In this document: positions 37,105-37,258 of the stretch, in pieces
How positions within the stretch are numbered: the first letter of the stretch is position 1
Layout of the letters: each line of letters begins with the position of its first letter
Source of the DNA: Octopus bimaculoides
Taxonomy: Eukaryota
Length of the DNA: 37,258 bases
Direction: 5' to 3'
Assembly (NCBI RefSeq): GCF_001194135.2
Contig: NC_068992.1
Span: 31,222,349-31,259,606, forward strand
The notes under the pieces: model-generated
What the model was told of the DNA's origin: nothing
The model's input: the letters and a program-made list of their open reading frames with translations, nothing else
The model's database searches: none
Position numbers and translations under genes: made by a program

Positions 37105-37205
37105 ATATACATACATATGCATGTGTATATGTGTATATGTATGTGTACATATTACATGTATATCTATCTATCTATATATATATAGAGAGATATATGCAGA
37201 TATAT

Positions 37206-37258
<53 letters not shown>
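37105..37258. repeat. (TA)n-rich compound microsatellite
   Basis: Direct reading. Confidence 0.93.

Overview
AT-rich, repeat-dense animal genomic DNA with five assembly gaps (6948-7639, 12406-12469, 14881-15018, 18654-18834, 35600-35835), each flanked by microsatellite. The repeat landscape resembles a coleoid cephalopod (octopus-like); that is inference from repeat style only. No host protein-coding gene can be supported: most ORFs in the track are microsatellite translations or pieces of decayed transposons. Supported content: an internally deleted Tc1/mariner element with both TIRs (740-1572); two different decayed Penelope-like retroelements (PLEs; about 1760-3090 minus and 24540-25918 plus); a CR1-type LINE RT fragment (25919-27330 minus); an LTR-like or unclassified GC-rich element (27331-28275); five tRNA-derived SINEs; and many simple repeats. 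The most interesting signal is a non-coding module present four times, arranged as two tail-out inverted pairs (5542-6140 and 12538-13736). It carries a hammerhead-ribozyme-like core (CUGANGA, AGC/GCU stem II, GAAAC, NUH) inside a long stem I. One copy is nearly intact, and in another the core is replaced by a perfect hairpin. All alignments and folds were done by eye and need computational confirmation.
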